Assembly (NCBI GenBank): GCA_965243025.1
Contig: CBDETY010000003.1
Coordinates: forward strand, 3,136,001 to 3,200,000
DNA length: 64,000 bases
Direction of reading: 5' to 3'
DNA from: Candidatus Latescibacterota bacterium
GTDB taxonomy: Bacteria; Latescibacterota; UBA2968; UBA8231
The notes under the pieces are model-generated. The model was not told the origin of the DNA. It did not search any database and was given only the letters and a program-made list of their open reading frames with translations. Of the stretch, positions 28,237 to 38,271 are shown one piece after another. Position 1 is the first letter of the stretch. Every line of letters begins with the position of its first letter. The position numbers and the translations under genes are program-made.

Positions 28237-31158
28237 ATGAGCGGAACATCAAAGCAAGCGGCAGCCTGGGGCCTCGCCCTGCTGACCGCCGTCCCGGCGC
28301 TGGCCCAGCGCCACCCGGAGTCCGATCAGCCGAACCTCCATTTCCGCGACGAGCCCGGGGTCCCGACCGCCCCGCCCTGGAAAAAGAGGCCGCCATTCGT
28401 TCGCGGGCCGCTCGACCGCTACGAGCGCGGCCGCACGCGCCGCTTTCTCGGCAGCGCCGCCGGGCCTCCCTACACCAACTACGCTCACCGCAAGTACATC
28501 TTCTACCTGACCGAGCGCGACGAATCCGGCGGCCTTTCGCTCCGCTACCGGAACGTCTCCTGGGACCGGATCGGCACCTACATGGGGCCGTCGTACCAGC
28601 GCGTGTTCGCCATCGAGGAAACGCGCGGCAACCGCCCCGGGGCCGGATCCTCCCTGATCGACCACCGCACGCGCGGGATCGGGGGGAGGCCGGCGTCGCT
28701 GCTGCGGGAGCTGCGCATCGGGCATTACGCCTACAAGAAGCTGCACTGGACGGTCACCGCCGGGTACGACGTGCGCACCCACTTCACCCCGCTGACCCTG
28801 GGGCGGTCGCACATGAGCATAGCCCGCATCGATCTCAACCATGCCGAGCGCGATCTGGCGACCCTGTTCTACAGCCGCGGCGCGACGGTGGGAACCAGCG
28901 TGCTGTTCTCGACGTGGACCCGCAATCCGCCCGGCGACTTCACCTTCGACGACTCCCCGGTGCTGCTCTACGGCGGCCGCTGGCAGCGCAACACCGGCGA
29001 GTACGGCCGCTTCGGGGCCACCTTCGTCAATCAGCTCATGCAGTTTCCCGCCACCCCCCGCAGCGACGGTCTGCGCGGCGACCTGCCCTACGAGATGATC
29101 GGCCCCAAGCGGATTCGCGTCGTGGCGGCCGACGACTCCCCGCTGGAGGAGCGGGCCAACGGCATGGTCCACGGCGTGCACGTGGTACTGACCGGGGCGA
29201 GGGACGGGGAACCGGTCCGCCTCTCCAGCGATCCCGCCGACCCGGACTTCGACGCCGCCCTCGAACCGGCGGTCACCGGCGGCCTCCGGAGCGGGGACGG
29301 GCGCGAAGCGGTCGGCCGCGAAACCGTGGTCTACGAGTTCCCGGTGCCCTCCGGCCTGACCGTTCACTCGGCGCGCTTTGCCGCCGAGGTCTCAGGCGAC
29401 TACCGCCTGGGTGTGGGGCAGTCGCACGACTTCCCGTTGATCGACCGCAGCGGGAACGAGAAGCTTGAAGAGCAGACCTGGCCGGCCCCTTTCGCCCCGA
29501 ACGAGCGCGCCACGCGGCGGCCGTTCAAGTGGTACATCGAGGCGGACGAGACGCCCTGGTTCACGGTTTCCCGTTCCCCCGGCTCTTCGCCGACCGCCGG
29601 CAACAGGCGCCTTGTCTCCTTCGACTACGGCATGCCCACCGGACAGGTGCTGGCATCCGTCGACTGGAGATTCGACCTGGTGGGGCTGCAGGTCAGCGGC
29701 GAGATGGCCCGCAACCTCCGGCATTTCATCTATCCGGTCGGCGCCAACCGGGGAAAACGGCACCGGGAAACCGCGCTGGCCTGGTGGATGAAGGGCCGCA
29801 GGGAGCTTGCGGACAGATTCGCCCTGGGGGTGGAGCTGTTCCGCATGGAACCGGACTACGCCGGAGGTTACGACAGCTGGCGCGGGGGGCTGCCGTTTCA
29901 CGTCGACCGCGTCTCTTCAGGCCGGGTCCGCTCGCATACGCAGGAGTTCCCCCTGCTGGAAGACAACGACGACAACGACCAGTGGCCCGACGACCACCCC
30001 AACGAGGTCCCGACCGCCGGGGATTCCTACCCGGGATGGCCCAACTCGAGAGTCTACCCGGGGCTCGACGACAACCACGACAACATCCCCGATCCCGACC
30101 GCAACGAGAACTTCATCCCCGACTGGGAAGAACCCTTCATCATGTACGACGCCGAGCCCACCGACTTCGTGTACGGCGTCGACCTGAACAACAACTCGGT
30201 TCCCGATTACCGGGAGAACGACGACCGCCCCGACTTCCCATACCCGCGCGATCAGAAGGGGAACCACGTATTTGTCGTGTTCGAGAGCCTGGGACTCGAG
30301 GGCAGCGCGCTTTCGGTGGGGCGCTACGACACCCGTCAGCTGGTCGGGGGAGGACGCTCGAGGTCGACCTACCTGCGCTACGGCTATCAGGCGGACAAAC
30401 CGGGGGTCGGCTTCGCCCTGTTCCACTGGGATCTCAAGAGGGTGGAAGACGACATCGAGGACCACACCTACGTCCACGTGATTCCACCCGAGGACGTCGA
30501 CGTCATCTCCTGGATCAACCAGCCGGACGGACCGCCCTGGTCCCCCGGCCTGCACCGCCCGGCGACGCCCGACAGTCTCTTCATGCGGGACAGCTGGGTG
30601 AGCACGGGCTTTGCCCAGACCGTGTACCGGGGGCTCGGCGGCTTCGAGGTCGAGAATTCCGCCTTGTGGATGCGCAATGCCCAGGCGGAGATCCTCGAGC
30701 CGGAGACGGACGTACTGGTGCAGCCCGAAGACGTGCGCTCCCGCTTCGCCCTGGTCAACAAGATCGGCTGCGCCTGGGAACTCCGCGCCTTGACCCTGCA
30801 GGCCCGGTTCAAGCACCGCCTGCGCTACGCAAGCGCCGGCGGCGCCGCCCGCACCTCTTCCTCGGACTTCATCCCGATCGCGACCGCCGGGTTCCGCCTT
30901 ACCGAGCACACCCATCTGCTCGCCGGCGCCCAGGGTATTCCCCTGCTCCCCTTCAAGCGCTGGGACCGGGTGCGCGCGGAGGGCACGTACACCCAGACCG
31001 ACTACGTCGCCATGATCCGCCTGCGTTCCGACTACTTCGCCGTCGCCGACAACAACTTCTTCTTCGGCATCAAACAGACGCATCGCCGATACAGCCGCTT
31101 CAAGGAGCGCGACAGGCGGGTTTCGACGATGTTCGTCGAGTTGATTACTCCCCTGTAA
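28237..31158 (+). CDS. Large secreted/outer-membrane hypothetical protein with Asp-rich Ca-binding-like repeats
   Basis: Signal peptide ending ALA-Q; DNDDND, DDNHDNIPD, DRNENFIPD, DLNNNSVPD repeats; amphipathic beta strands. Confidence 0.7.
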   Translation: MSGTSKQAAAWGLALLTAVPALAQRHPESDQPNLHFRDEPGVPTAPPWKKRPPFVRGPLDRYERGRTRRFLGSAAGPPYTNYAHRKYIFYLTERDESGGLSLRYRNVSWDRIGTYMGPSYQRVFAIEETRGNRPGAGSSLIDHRTRGIGGRPASLLRELRIGHYAYKKLHWTVTAGYDVRTHFTPLTLGRSHMSIARIDLNHAERDLATLFYSRGATVGTSVLFSTWTRNPPGDFTFDDSPVLLYGGRWQRNTGEYGRFGATFVNQLMQFPATPRSDGLRGDLPYEMIGPKRIRVVAADDSPLEERANGMVHGVHVVLTGARDGEPVRLSSDPADPDFDAALEPAVTGGLRSGDGREAVGRETVVYEFPVPSGLTVHSARFAAEVSGDYRLGVGQSHDFPLIDRSGNEKLEEQTWPAPFAPNERATRRPFKWYIEADETPWFTVSRSPGSSPTAGNRRLVSFDYGMPTGQVLASVDWRFDLVGLQVSGEMARNLRHFIYPVGANRGKRHRETALAWWMKGRRELADRFALGVELFRMEPDYAGGYDSWRGGLPFHVDRVSSGRVRSHTQEFPLLEDNDDNDQWPDDHPNEVPTAGDSYPGWPNSRVYPGLDDNHDNIPDPDRNENFIPDWEEPFIMYDAEPTDFVYGVDLNNNSVPDYRENDDRPDFPYPRDQKGNHVFVVFESLGLEGSALSVGRYDTRQLVGGGRSRSTYLRYGYQADKPGVGFALFHWDLKRVEDDIEDHTYVHVIPPEDVDVISWINQPDGPPWSPGLHRPATPDSLFMRDSWVSTGFAQTVYRGLGGFEVENSALWMRNAQAEILEPETDVLVQPEDVRSRFALVNKIGCAWELRALTLQARFKHRLRYASAGGAARTSSSDFIPIATAGFRLTEHTHLLAGAQGIPLLPFKRWDRVRAEGTYTQTDYVAMIRLRSDYFAVADNNFFFGIKQTHRRYSRFKERDRRVSTMFVELITPL

Positions 31159-31320
31159 GCCGAACGGAATCTTGCCCGTCTGAAAACGGGTGCTCCGCCG
31201 GCAGTATCCACACCGTTCGCGTTGCTGCTGCCGGCTCCTTCCGGATTTCCCGATAGCCCTTGATACTGTGCAAAACGGCCCCTAAGCTGCCTGGATGCGA
31301 ACGCCGGAAGGAGCTGTGGA

Positions 31321-32103
31321 ATGACGCACGACGCGTATGAAAAAGGGGCCCGCTTCTACGACGGGGCGTACTCGGAGGACAATCCGGACGATGTCGCTTT
31401 TTACGTGGACCTGGCCGCGGCGGCCGGGTCTCCGGTCCTGGAGCTGGGGTGCGGTACGGGCAGGGTTGCCCTGCCGATCGCGCGCCGCGGCATAACGATT
31501 ACCGGCCTCGATTCTTCCGGAGCGATGCTGTCGGTTCTGCGCGGCAAACTCGAGGCGGAACCGGACGAGGTGCGGCGAAGGGTCGAGCTGGTGCAGGGAG
31601 ACATGCGCAGCGAGCGGCTCGGGCGCGAGTTCTCCCTGGTCATCATCCCGTTCCGGCCGATGCAGCACATGTACTCCGTCGAAGACCAGCTGGGGGCACT
31701 GACCACGGCGCGCGAACACCTGGCCGACGGCGGCCTTTTCGCCTTCGACGTGTTCTTCCCGATGCTCAGCCGGGTAGAAGGGGGGATCGGCGAGGAGTAT
31801 CTCGATTCGGAGTGGCCGGCAGCCGATGGCAGCGGCCGCGTGCACCGCCGCTACTTCCGCAAGGATGCGTACGACCCGGTCGATCTCAACTTCCGCGGCG
31901 TGTTCCTGCACCGGCTGTGCGCCGGAGACGAAGTGTTGGAAGAGGAGGAGCAGCCGTTGCGGATGTCGGTCTACACCTACCCGCACCTGAAACTGCTGTT
32001 CGCCGCCGCCGGTCTCGAGATCGTCGAGCAGTACGGTACCTTCGACAGACAGCCGCTCGACGCCGACGCGAGGGAAATGATCTTTGTCCTGAAGAGGCGT
32101 TAG
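31321..32103 (+). CDS. Class I SAM-dependent methyltransferase
   Basis: VLELGCGTGRV, GLDSS..ML, QGDMR. Confidence 0.9.
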   Translation: MTHDAYEKGARFYDGAYSEDNPDDVAFYVDLAAAAGSPVLELGCGTGRVALPIARRGITITGLDSSGAMLSVLRGKLEAEPDEVRRRVELVQGDMRSERLGREFSLVIIPFRPMQHMYSVEDQLGALTTAREHLADGGLFAFDVFFPMLSRVEGGIGEEYLDSEWPAADGSGRVHRRYFRKDAYDPVDLNFRGVFLHRLCAGDEVLEEEEQPLRMSVYTYPHLKLLFAAAGLEIVEQYGTFDRQPLDADAREMIFVLKRR

Positions 32104-32140
32104 TCCGGGCGGTCACCAGCCCGTTTCGCGGCCGGACAAA

Positions 32141-32746
32141 CTACTCCGCCAGCGGCAGCAGCATGCCCTCCTCGCCCCCGATCATCTCGGCCGCACCCCT
32201 GAAGAAATCCCGCCCCACCAGCGCCGCGGCGACCGCGTCGAGCTCGTGTCCGCTCATCGAGGCGCGCAGCCCCCTGACTCCCAGCCGGGCCAGGCCCCTG
32301 CGCAGGCCGTCGCGGTCGTGCTGTTGCCGGGGCAGCCCCCAGACGTCGAGGGCGCCGCCGGGATAGCACTCCACCGGCACCAGGCCGGCGGCCTCGATCT
32401 CCGCCTTCAACCTGAGCCCGCGCTCCGTCAGCATCCGCATCGGCCCCAGGGTTATCGGGAAGAAGCGGATTTTCCGCCGCTGCAGCTCGCGGTCGCAGGG
32501 CCGGAAGTGCTCCCCGTTGCGGTCGCCGATCTCCCTCCGGCCCGGCGGCAGGCTGAGCGGCGCGTCGATCGGCACGAGGTCGGGATCGGCGGCGCGGATG
32601 AGGTCCAGGATTTCGGCGTCGTCGAAGGCGTGCTGCGTGCGGGCGCGGTCCCCGGTCAAAATGCAGATGCCGGTCGGTCTCGCGGGCGAGCCGGCCAGGT
32701 CGATGCCGGCGACGACCAGAGGCTTCATTTTCGAACTGGAATTCAT
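32141..32746 (-). CDS. DUF429 family protein (RNase H-like fold)
   Basis: GIDLAG, IDAPLSLP, RPCDREL, ECYP, HELDAV. Confidence 0.82.
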   Translation of the reverse strand: MNSSSKMKPLVVAGIDLAGSPARPTGICILTGDRARTQHAFDDAEILDLIRAADPDLVPIDAPLSLPPGRREIGDRNGEHFRPCDRELQRRKIRFFPITLGPMRMLTERGLRLKAEIEAAGLVPVECYPGGALDVWGLPRQQHDRDGLRRGLARLGVRGLRASMSGHELDAVAAALVGRDFFRGAAEMIGGEEGMLLPLAE

Positions 32747-32959
32747 TCCGGCCTCCCCGGGCCCGGCGGGGATGCCCGGCGGCCGGCCTGAATCGACTTG
32801 TCCGTGCCGCGTCGAGTTCCGCACATTAGCAGCTGTTTCACAGTTGGCACCCCTGATACCTCTTGTAATCCCGATACCTCGCTTCCCCGAAACAAACAAA
32901 CGAAAGATCCATCCCGTGGCATTTATCAGGATCATCGTGGCCTTCGAAGGGGTTCCCGC

Positions 32960-35098
32960 ATGACTGAACCCTCCGCATCCTCCGCCTCGACGGGCCACGT
33001 TCCCGGAACCGCCGCGGCCAACGGCCGGGTGCGGGTGAGCGCCGACGTCGGCGGCACCTTCACCGATGTCGTCCTCGTCGACGGCCGCGGCTCGGTCTGG
33101 ACCCACAAGGTTCCCTCGACGCCGCCCGACTTCGAGCGCGCCGTGCTCGACGCCACCCGGCACCTGCTCGAACGGTCGGGCACCGCGGCCTCCGAGGTCG
33201 GGGAGGTGGCGCACGGAACCACCGTGGCGACCAACGCCGTGCTCGAGCGCCGCGGCGCGCGCACCGCCCTGGTGACCACCGGCGGCTTCCGCGACGTCCT
33301 CGAGCTGCGCCGCATCCGCGCCCCGCAGATCTACGACCTCTTCTGGGACAAGCCGCCGCAGCTGGTCGATCGCAGCCTGCGCCTCGAGCTGAGCGAGCGC
33401 CTCGCCGCCGACGGCGAGGTGCTGCGGCCGCTCGTGGAGGACGAGCTGCGCGCCGTCGGGGAACGGCTGCTCGGCGAGGAGATCGAATCGGTGGCGGTCT
33501 GCCTGCTGCACTCCTACGCCCACCCGGGGCACGAGCAAACGGTCGGCGACTTCCTGACCCGCGAGCTGCCCGGGGTTCCCGTCTCCCTCTCCCACCAGGT
33601 GCTTCCCGAGCGCAAGGAGTACGAGCGCACCGCCACCACCGTAGTCAACGCCTACGTGCGCCCGGTGATGAAGGGGTACCTCGGGGCCCTGGGCGACGGC
33701 CTGCGCGGCATCGGCTGCGACGCCCCGCTGTTGATCATGCAGTCGGCCGGGGGCCTGACCCCCGAGGCGGACGCCGCCGAGCGGCCGGTGTTCGTCCTCG
33801 AGTCCGGCCCCGCCGCCGGGGTGCTGGCCGCGGCAGCGGCGGCCGAAGCCGCGGGGATCGGCAACGCCGTCACCCTCGACATGGGGGGGACCACCGCCAA
33901 GGCCTCGATGATCGAGGGGGGCCGCGTCGGCTACAGCCCGGAGTACGAAGTCGGCTCCACCCTGTCGGCGGGGAGCCGGCTGATGGGGGGCGGCGGCGAG
34001 CTGATCCGCGCCCCAAGCCTCGACATCGCCGAGGTCGGGGCCGGCGGCGGCAGCATCGCCTTCCTCGACGCCGCCGGCGGCCTGCGGGTCGGGCCGCGCA
34101 GCGCCGGGGCGGTTCCGGGCCCGGTCTGCTACGGACGCGGCGGCGCCGAGCCGACCCTGACCGACGCCGACGTCGCCCTCGGGTACATCCGCCCCGGGGC
34201 CCTCGCCGACGGCGAGGTCCGCATCGACCCGCAAGCGGCCGCCGCAGTGATCGCCGACCGCATCGCCGCCCCGCTCGGCCTCGACCTGCCCGCCGCGGCC
34301 GAGGGCATCCACCGCATCGCCAACGCCCGCACCATGCGCGCCCTGCGTTCGGTTTCGACCGAGCGCGGCCGCGACCCCCGCGACTTCACCCTGATCGCCT
34401 TCGGGGGCGCCGGGCCCGTCCACGCCGCGGGGCTGGCGAGCGAGCTGGCCATCGCCACCGTCATCGTGCCCCCGAACCCGGGGCTGTTCAGCGCCGTCGG
34501 GCTGCTCTGCTCCGGTGTCGAACACCACGAGGTCCGCAGCTGCCTGCTCTCCGGGGCGCAGCTGACCCCTGAGGCCCTGGCGGGGATCCGCGGCGAGATC
34601 GACGCCGCCCTGGAGGAGCGCTTCGGTTCCGAGGGGTTCGCCGGGGAAGAGATCGAGCTGCTCTGCTCCGTCGACATGCGCTTCAAGGGGCAGGCCTCCG
34701 AGATCCGCATCGAGCTGCCCGGGGCCGTCGACGGAGAGGTGATCCCGCGGCTGTCCGCGGACTTCGAGGAGGAGCACGAGCGCCTCTACGGGCACCGCTC
34801 CGACCCGGACAACCCGATCGAGGTGATCGCCGTGCGCGGCATCGGCCGCACCGGGGGAACCGGCCTTCCCGGGCGCACCGAGCCGGCCGGCGCCGCCGCC
34901 CAAGGAGGTGAGCGGGTTGCCTACTTCGGGAGCCATGGGTCGATCTCCACCCCGGTGGTGGCGCGCGGCGACCTCGACGATTGGGCGGACGGGCCGCTGC
35001 TGATCGACGAGTACGACTCGACCATCGTCGTCCCCCCCGGGGCGCGGGCCCGCCGCGACGACCGGGGCAACCTCCTGATAGAGACCGGTCCCGCATGA
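32960..35098 (+). CDS. Hydantoinase A/5-oxoprolinase family subunit
   Basis: DVGGTFTD, HGTTVATNA, ESGPAAG, DMGGTT, GAGGGS, GPVCYGRGG. Confidence 0.93.
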   Translation: MTEPSASSASTGHVPGTAAANGRVRVSADVGGTFTDVVLVDGRGSVWTHKVPSTPPDFERAVLDATRHLLERSGTAASEVGEVAHGTTVATNAVLERRGARTALVTTGGFRDVLELRRIRAPQIYDLFWDKPPQLVDRSLRLELSERLAADGEVLRPLVEDELRAVGERLLGEEIESVAVCLLHSYAHPGHEQTVGDFLTRELPGVPVSLSHQVLPERKEYERTATTVVNAYVRPVMKGYLGALGDGLRGIGCDAPLLIMQSAGGLTPEADAAERPVFVLESGPAAGVLAAAAAAEAAGIGNAVTLDMGGTTAKASMIEGGRVGYSPEYEVGSTLSAGSRLMGGGGELIRAPSLDIAEVGAGGGSIAFLDAAGGLRVGPRSAGAVPGPVCYGRGGAEPTLTDADVALGYIRPGALADGEVRIDPQAAAAVIADRIAAPLGLDLPAAAEGIHRIANARTMRALRSVSTERGRDPRDFTLIAFGGAGPVHAAGLASELAIATVIVPPNPGLFSAVGLLCSGVEHHEVRSCLLSGAQLTPEALAGIRGEIDAALEERFGSEGFAGEEIELLCSVDMRFKGQASEIRIELPGAVDGEVIPRLSADFEEEHERLYGHRSDPDNPIEVIAVRGIGRTGGTGLPGRTEPAGAAAQGGERVAYFGSHGSISTPVVARGDLDDWADGPLLIDEYDSTIVVPPGARARRDDRGNLLIETGPA

Positions 35099-36822
35099 GC
35101 GCAGTCGATCCCATTACCCGGGAAATAATCCAGAACGCCCTGGCTGCCTCGGCCGACGAGATGGCCGTCGCCCTCTACCGCACCGCCTACTCGACGGTGG
35201 TCCGCGACTGCCTCGACTACTCGACCTCCCTGTGCGACGCCAACGGCGACATGATCGCCCAGGGGGTCACCATACCCCTGCATCTGGGCGCCGTCCCCTA
35301 CGCCATGGAAACCCTGTTCGCCAAGTTCGAGGGGGACATGGAGCCCGGGGACGTGTTCATCATGAACGACCCGTTCGACGGCGGCATGCACATCCCCGAC
35401 ATCTTCATCGTCAAGCCGATCTTCCACGGGGAGGAGAGGATCGGGTTCGCGGTCAGCACCGCCCACCACCTCGACCTCGGCGGCCGCCTGCCCGGCAGCT
35501 CCGCCTGCGACAACACCGAGATCTTCCACGACGGCCTGCGCATCCCCTGGCTGAAGCTCCACCACCGCGGCGTCCCGGACGACGCCCTCTACACCCTGCT
35601 GCGCGCCAACGTGCGCGTCCCCCGCATGACGCTGGGCGACCTCAACGCCCAGCTGTCGGCCTGCCACATCGGCGAGCGCCGCATCCTCGAGCTGGCCGCC
35701 AAGTACGGGGTCGGGACCTTCAGGAGCTGCGCCGCCGACCTCATCGACTACACCGAGCGGCTGGTGCGGGCCGAGATCGCCTCCTGGCCGGACGGCAGCC
35801 ACACCTTCACCGACTACCTCGACAGCAACGGCGTCGGCGGTCCGCGCGTAAAGCTGCAGGTGACCCTCACCGTCGAGGGGGACTCGCTCACCGCCGACTT
35901 CCGCGGCACCGACCCGCAGGCGCCCGGGGCGATCAACAACTCCCTCTCCTTCACCGCGTCGGTCGCCACCCTCTGCGTGCGTTCCGTGTTCCGCGAGGAG
36001 ATCCCCAACACCGCGGGAATGTTCCGCCCCATCCGCATCGTCACCGAGCCGGGCACCGTGGTCCACGGGGTGATGCCCGCGGCCTCGTCGATGCGCGGGA
36101 TCACCGGCTTCCGTCTCGTCGACACCATGTTCGGGGCCCTGTCGGGGATCGTGCCGGACCGGGTGATGGCCGCAGGCGAGGGGGGCAACTCCCTGGTGAT
36201 CATCGGCGGCGAGCACGAGGACAAGTCCCCCTACGTCTACTTCGAGCTCATCTGCGGGACCTGGGGCGGGCGCCCCGACCGCGACGGCATCGACGGCATC
36301 ACCAACCCCGCCAACGTCGCCAGCAACGTCCCGGTCGAGCAGGCGGAGTCGGAGTACCCGCTCCGCATCGAGCGCTACGGCCTCGTCGACGACAGCGGCG
36401 GCGCCGGCAAGTACCGCGGCGGCATGGCCATCGAGCGGGAGTGGACCCTGCTGAGGGACGACGCCCACCTCGCGATCCGCTCCGACCGCCGCGACCACCC
36501 GCCGTACGGGCTGTACGGCGGCCTGCCGGGATCGCCGTCGAACTCGATCCGCCACGGGCCCGCGGGAGAAGAGGTGCTTCCCACCATGATCTCGACCCGG
36601 CTCGCGGCAGGCGAGAGCCTGTACCACAGGCAGCCGGGCGGCGGCGGCTGGGGCGACCCGCTGGAGCGGCAGCCGGAGCTGGTCGCCCGGGACGTCCGCA
36701 ACGGCAAGGTCACGCCGCAGTCGGCGCGCCGCGAATACGGGGTCGTCCTGGACGGCGGCTTCGCCGTGCTCGAGGAGGAAACCGACAGGCTGCGAGGCGA
36801 AATCCGCGCTTCCCGGGGATGA
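35095..36822 (+). CDS. Hydantoinase B/oxoprolinase family subunit
   Basis: RTAYS, NDPFDGGMHIPD, HHLDLGG, DSGGAGKYRGG, GGGGWGDP; ATGA overlap. Confidence 0.93.
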   Translation: MSAVDPITREIIQNALAASADEMAVALYRTAYSTVVRDCLDYSTSLCDANGDMIAQGVTIPLHLGAVPYAMETLFAKFEGDMEPGDVFIMNDPFDGGMHIPDIFIVKPIFHGEERIGFAVSTAHHLDLGGRLPGSSACDNTEIFHDGLRIPWLKLHHRGVPDDALYTLLRANVRVPRMTLGDLNAQLSACHIGERRILELAAKYGVGTFRSCAADLIDYTERLVRAEIASWPDGSHTFTDYLDSNGVGGPRVKLQVTLTVEGDSLTADFRGTDPQAPGAINNSLSFTASVATLCVRSVFREEIPNTAGMFRPIRIVTEPGTVVHGVMPAASSMRGITGFRLVDTMFGALSGIVPDRVMAAGEGGNSLVIIGGEHEDKSPYVYFELICGTWGGRPDRDGIDGITNPANVASNVPVEQAESEYPLRIERYGLVDDSGGAGKYRGGMAIEREWTLLRDDAHLAIRSDRRDHPPYGLYGGLPGSPSNSIRHGPAGEEVLPTMISTRLAAGESLYHRQPGGGGWGDPLERQPELVARDVRNGKVTPQSARREYGVVLDGGFAVLEEETDRLRGEIRASRG

Positions 36823-37020
36823 CCCCTGCCCGCCGGGGGCGGGAAGAACCGGCGTTTGAGAGGGGTCCCGGGTGGCGGATGCGCTGTTCCTGCCTGCCGA
36901 AAATGGATCAGGCGCCGTGCCGGCCATCCCACCCCCCCTCTTTCGGTTGGGGAACCCCGCTATTCCGCTATAGCAACTTCCGACCATTTCAGCTGCTGCG
37001 CCTGTAAACGGAGGTGAAGG

Positions 37021-37974
37021 ATGAGCGGTAACCCGATCATAAAACTTTGTCACCCAGCTCTCGGCCTGCTTCTGGCGCTCGCAATGTCCGCCGGCGCCCA
37101 CGTCGGCGACCGCGTGTACCCCATCGCTTACCTCAACGACGGGATGCTGGAAAGGATCGATCTCAAGGACGGCCTCGTGGACGAGTGGCAGGATCTGGTC
37201 GGCGAGCCGTCCATGACCCTGCTGGATTTCGCGGAATCGTTCGGGAACAGTGAACTGGATCCGTCCGACCTGGACTTCCGCATCTGGCTGGCCTGGCACG
37301 ACGATCCCCCTCGCCTGTATGCGGCGGTTGTGGCCAGCGATGACGTGTACAACAACACCCACGACTACGATGCCAGTCTCCTCATCGCAAATATGAACGT
37401 GCACGACAGCATCACCCTGGTGATTGACGGAGACCACGGCGGGGGCCTGGGCTGCGGCATGGATTGCTCGTGGGAAGAGGGCACCGAAATCCGGGGGCCT
37501 AATCAGAGGTATGACGCGGTCGCACGCACTGCTTCAGGTCCGACCCTGGATGACAGGTGGCGTAGAACCCTGGCGGAAGAACTGGCCTGGACTGCCCTGC
37601 CCCCTTACGGAGACGGGGGGGGAGGAGTAGAGGGAGAAGAGCCATTCATCAGCGTTATCGAGCTGTATGTAACGCCGTTCGACCGCCTTGCGTACGACGA
37701 CATCGAGGGGAGTGTGGCCAGCGATCTGACCGCCGGGCAGGTCATCGGCTTTGCGATTGTTGTACACGACAACGACGAGCCTGATGACGGGGGAATCTGG
37801 GTACCGGAAGCCATGGTTCCCGGTTCCCCGCCTGCATATATCCGAATCGTTCAAGTCAAGGCAGATGGTTTTCTCGACGGCTTCCTTCTTTCCGGCGAAA
37901 CCGGGGGTCCGGCAGACTCCGCGGTCGGGTCGGTCTCCTGGGGCCGGATCAAGGCCTCCCTGGAGATCGATTAA
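37021..37974 (+). CDS. Secreted CBM9/DOMON-like hypothetical protein with C-terminal SWGRIK motif
   Basis: Signal peptide; DG..DEW, LYAAV...DD, IGFAI.V.D.D motifs; ends DSAVGSVSWGRIKASLEID. Confidence 0.68.
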   Translation: MSGNPIIKLCHPALGLLLALAMSAGAHVGDRVYPIAYLNDGMLERIDLKDGLVDEWQDLVGEPSMTLLDFAESFGNSELDPSDLDFRIWLAWHDDPPRLYAAVVASDDVYNNTHDYDASLLIANMNVHDSITLVIDGDHGGGLGCGMDCSWEEGTEIRGPNQRYDAVARTASGPTLDDRWRRTLAEELAWTALPPYGDGGGGVEGEEPFISVIELYVTPFDRLAYDDIEGSVASDLTAGQVIGFAIVVHDNDEPDDGGIWVPEAMVPGSPPAYIRIVQVKADGFLDGFLLSGETGGPADSAVGSVSWGRIKASLEID

Positions 37975-38271
37975 CTGGTCCGCTGTCGCCTGCTCAGGCC
38001 CTTGCTTGCTGACCCGCTTGCCTGACGCCTGACCCTCTGAACCGGTCCGCCCCTGCCCGGTTCGCCCGCCTCCACCGCTCCTGTTCCTCCCTGCGCGGGC
38101 GCCGCTCCGTATACCGACTGCGCCAGGGACGGACTTCCCCAGGCCCTCCAACGCCGCGGCTTCCTGGAGTATCTTATCACTGGTTGACGGCTCCCCCGCC
38201 CCGACTGCTCTGTCAACTATCCTCGGCGCCGTTGTTGCCGCGCCCGGAGATAAAGCGAGAATACCTGCGCC

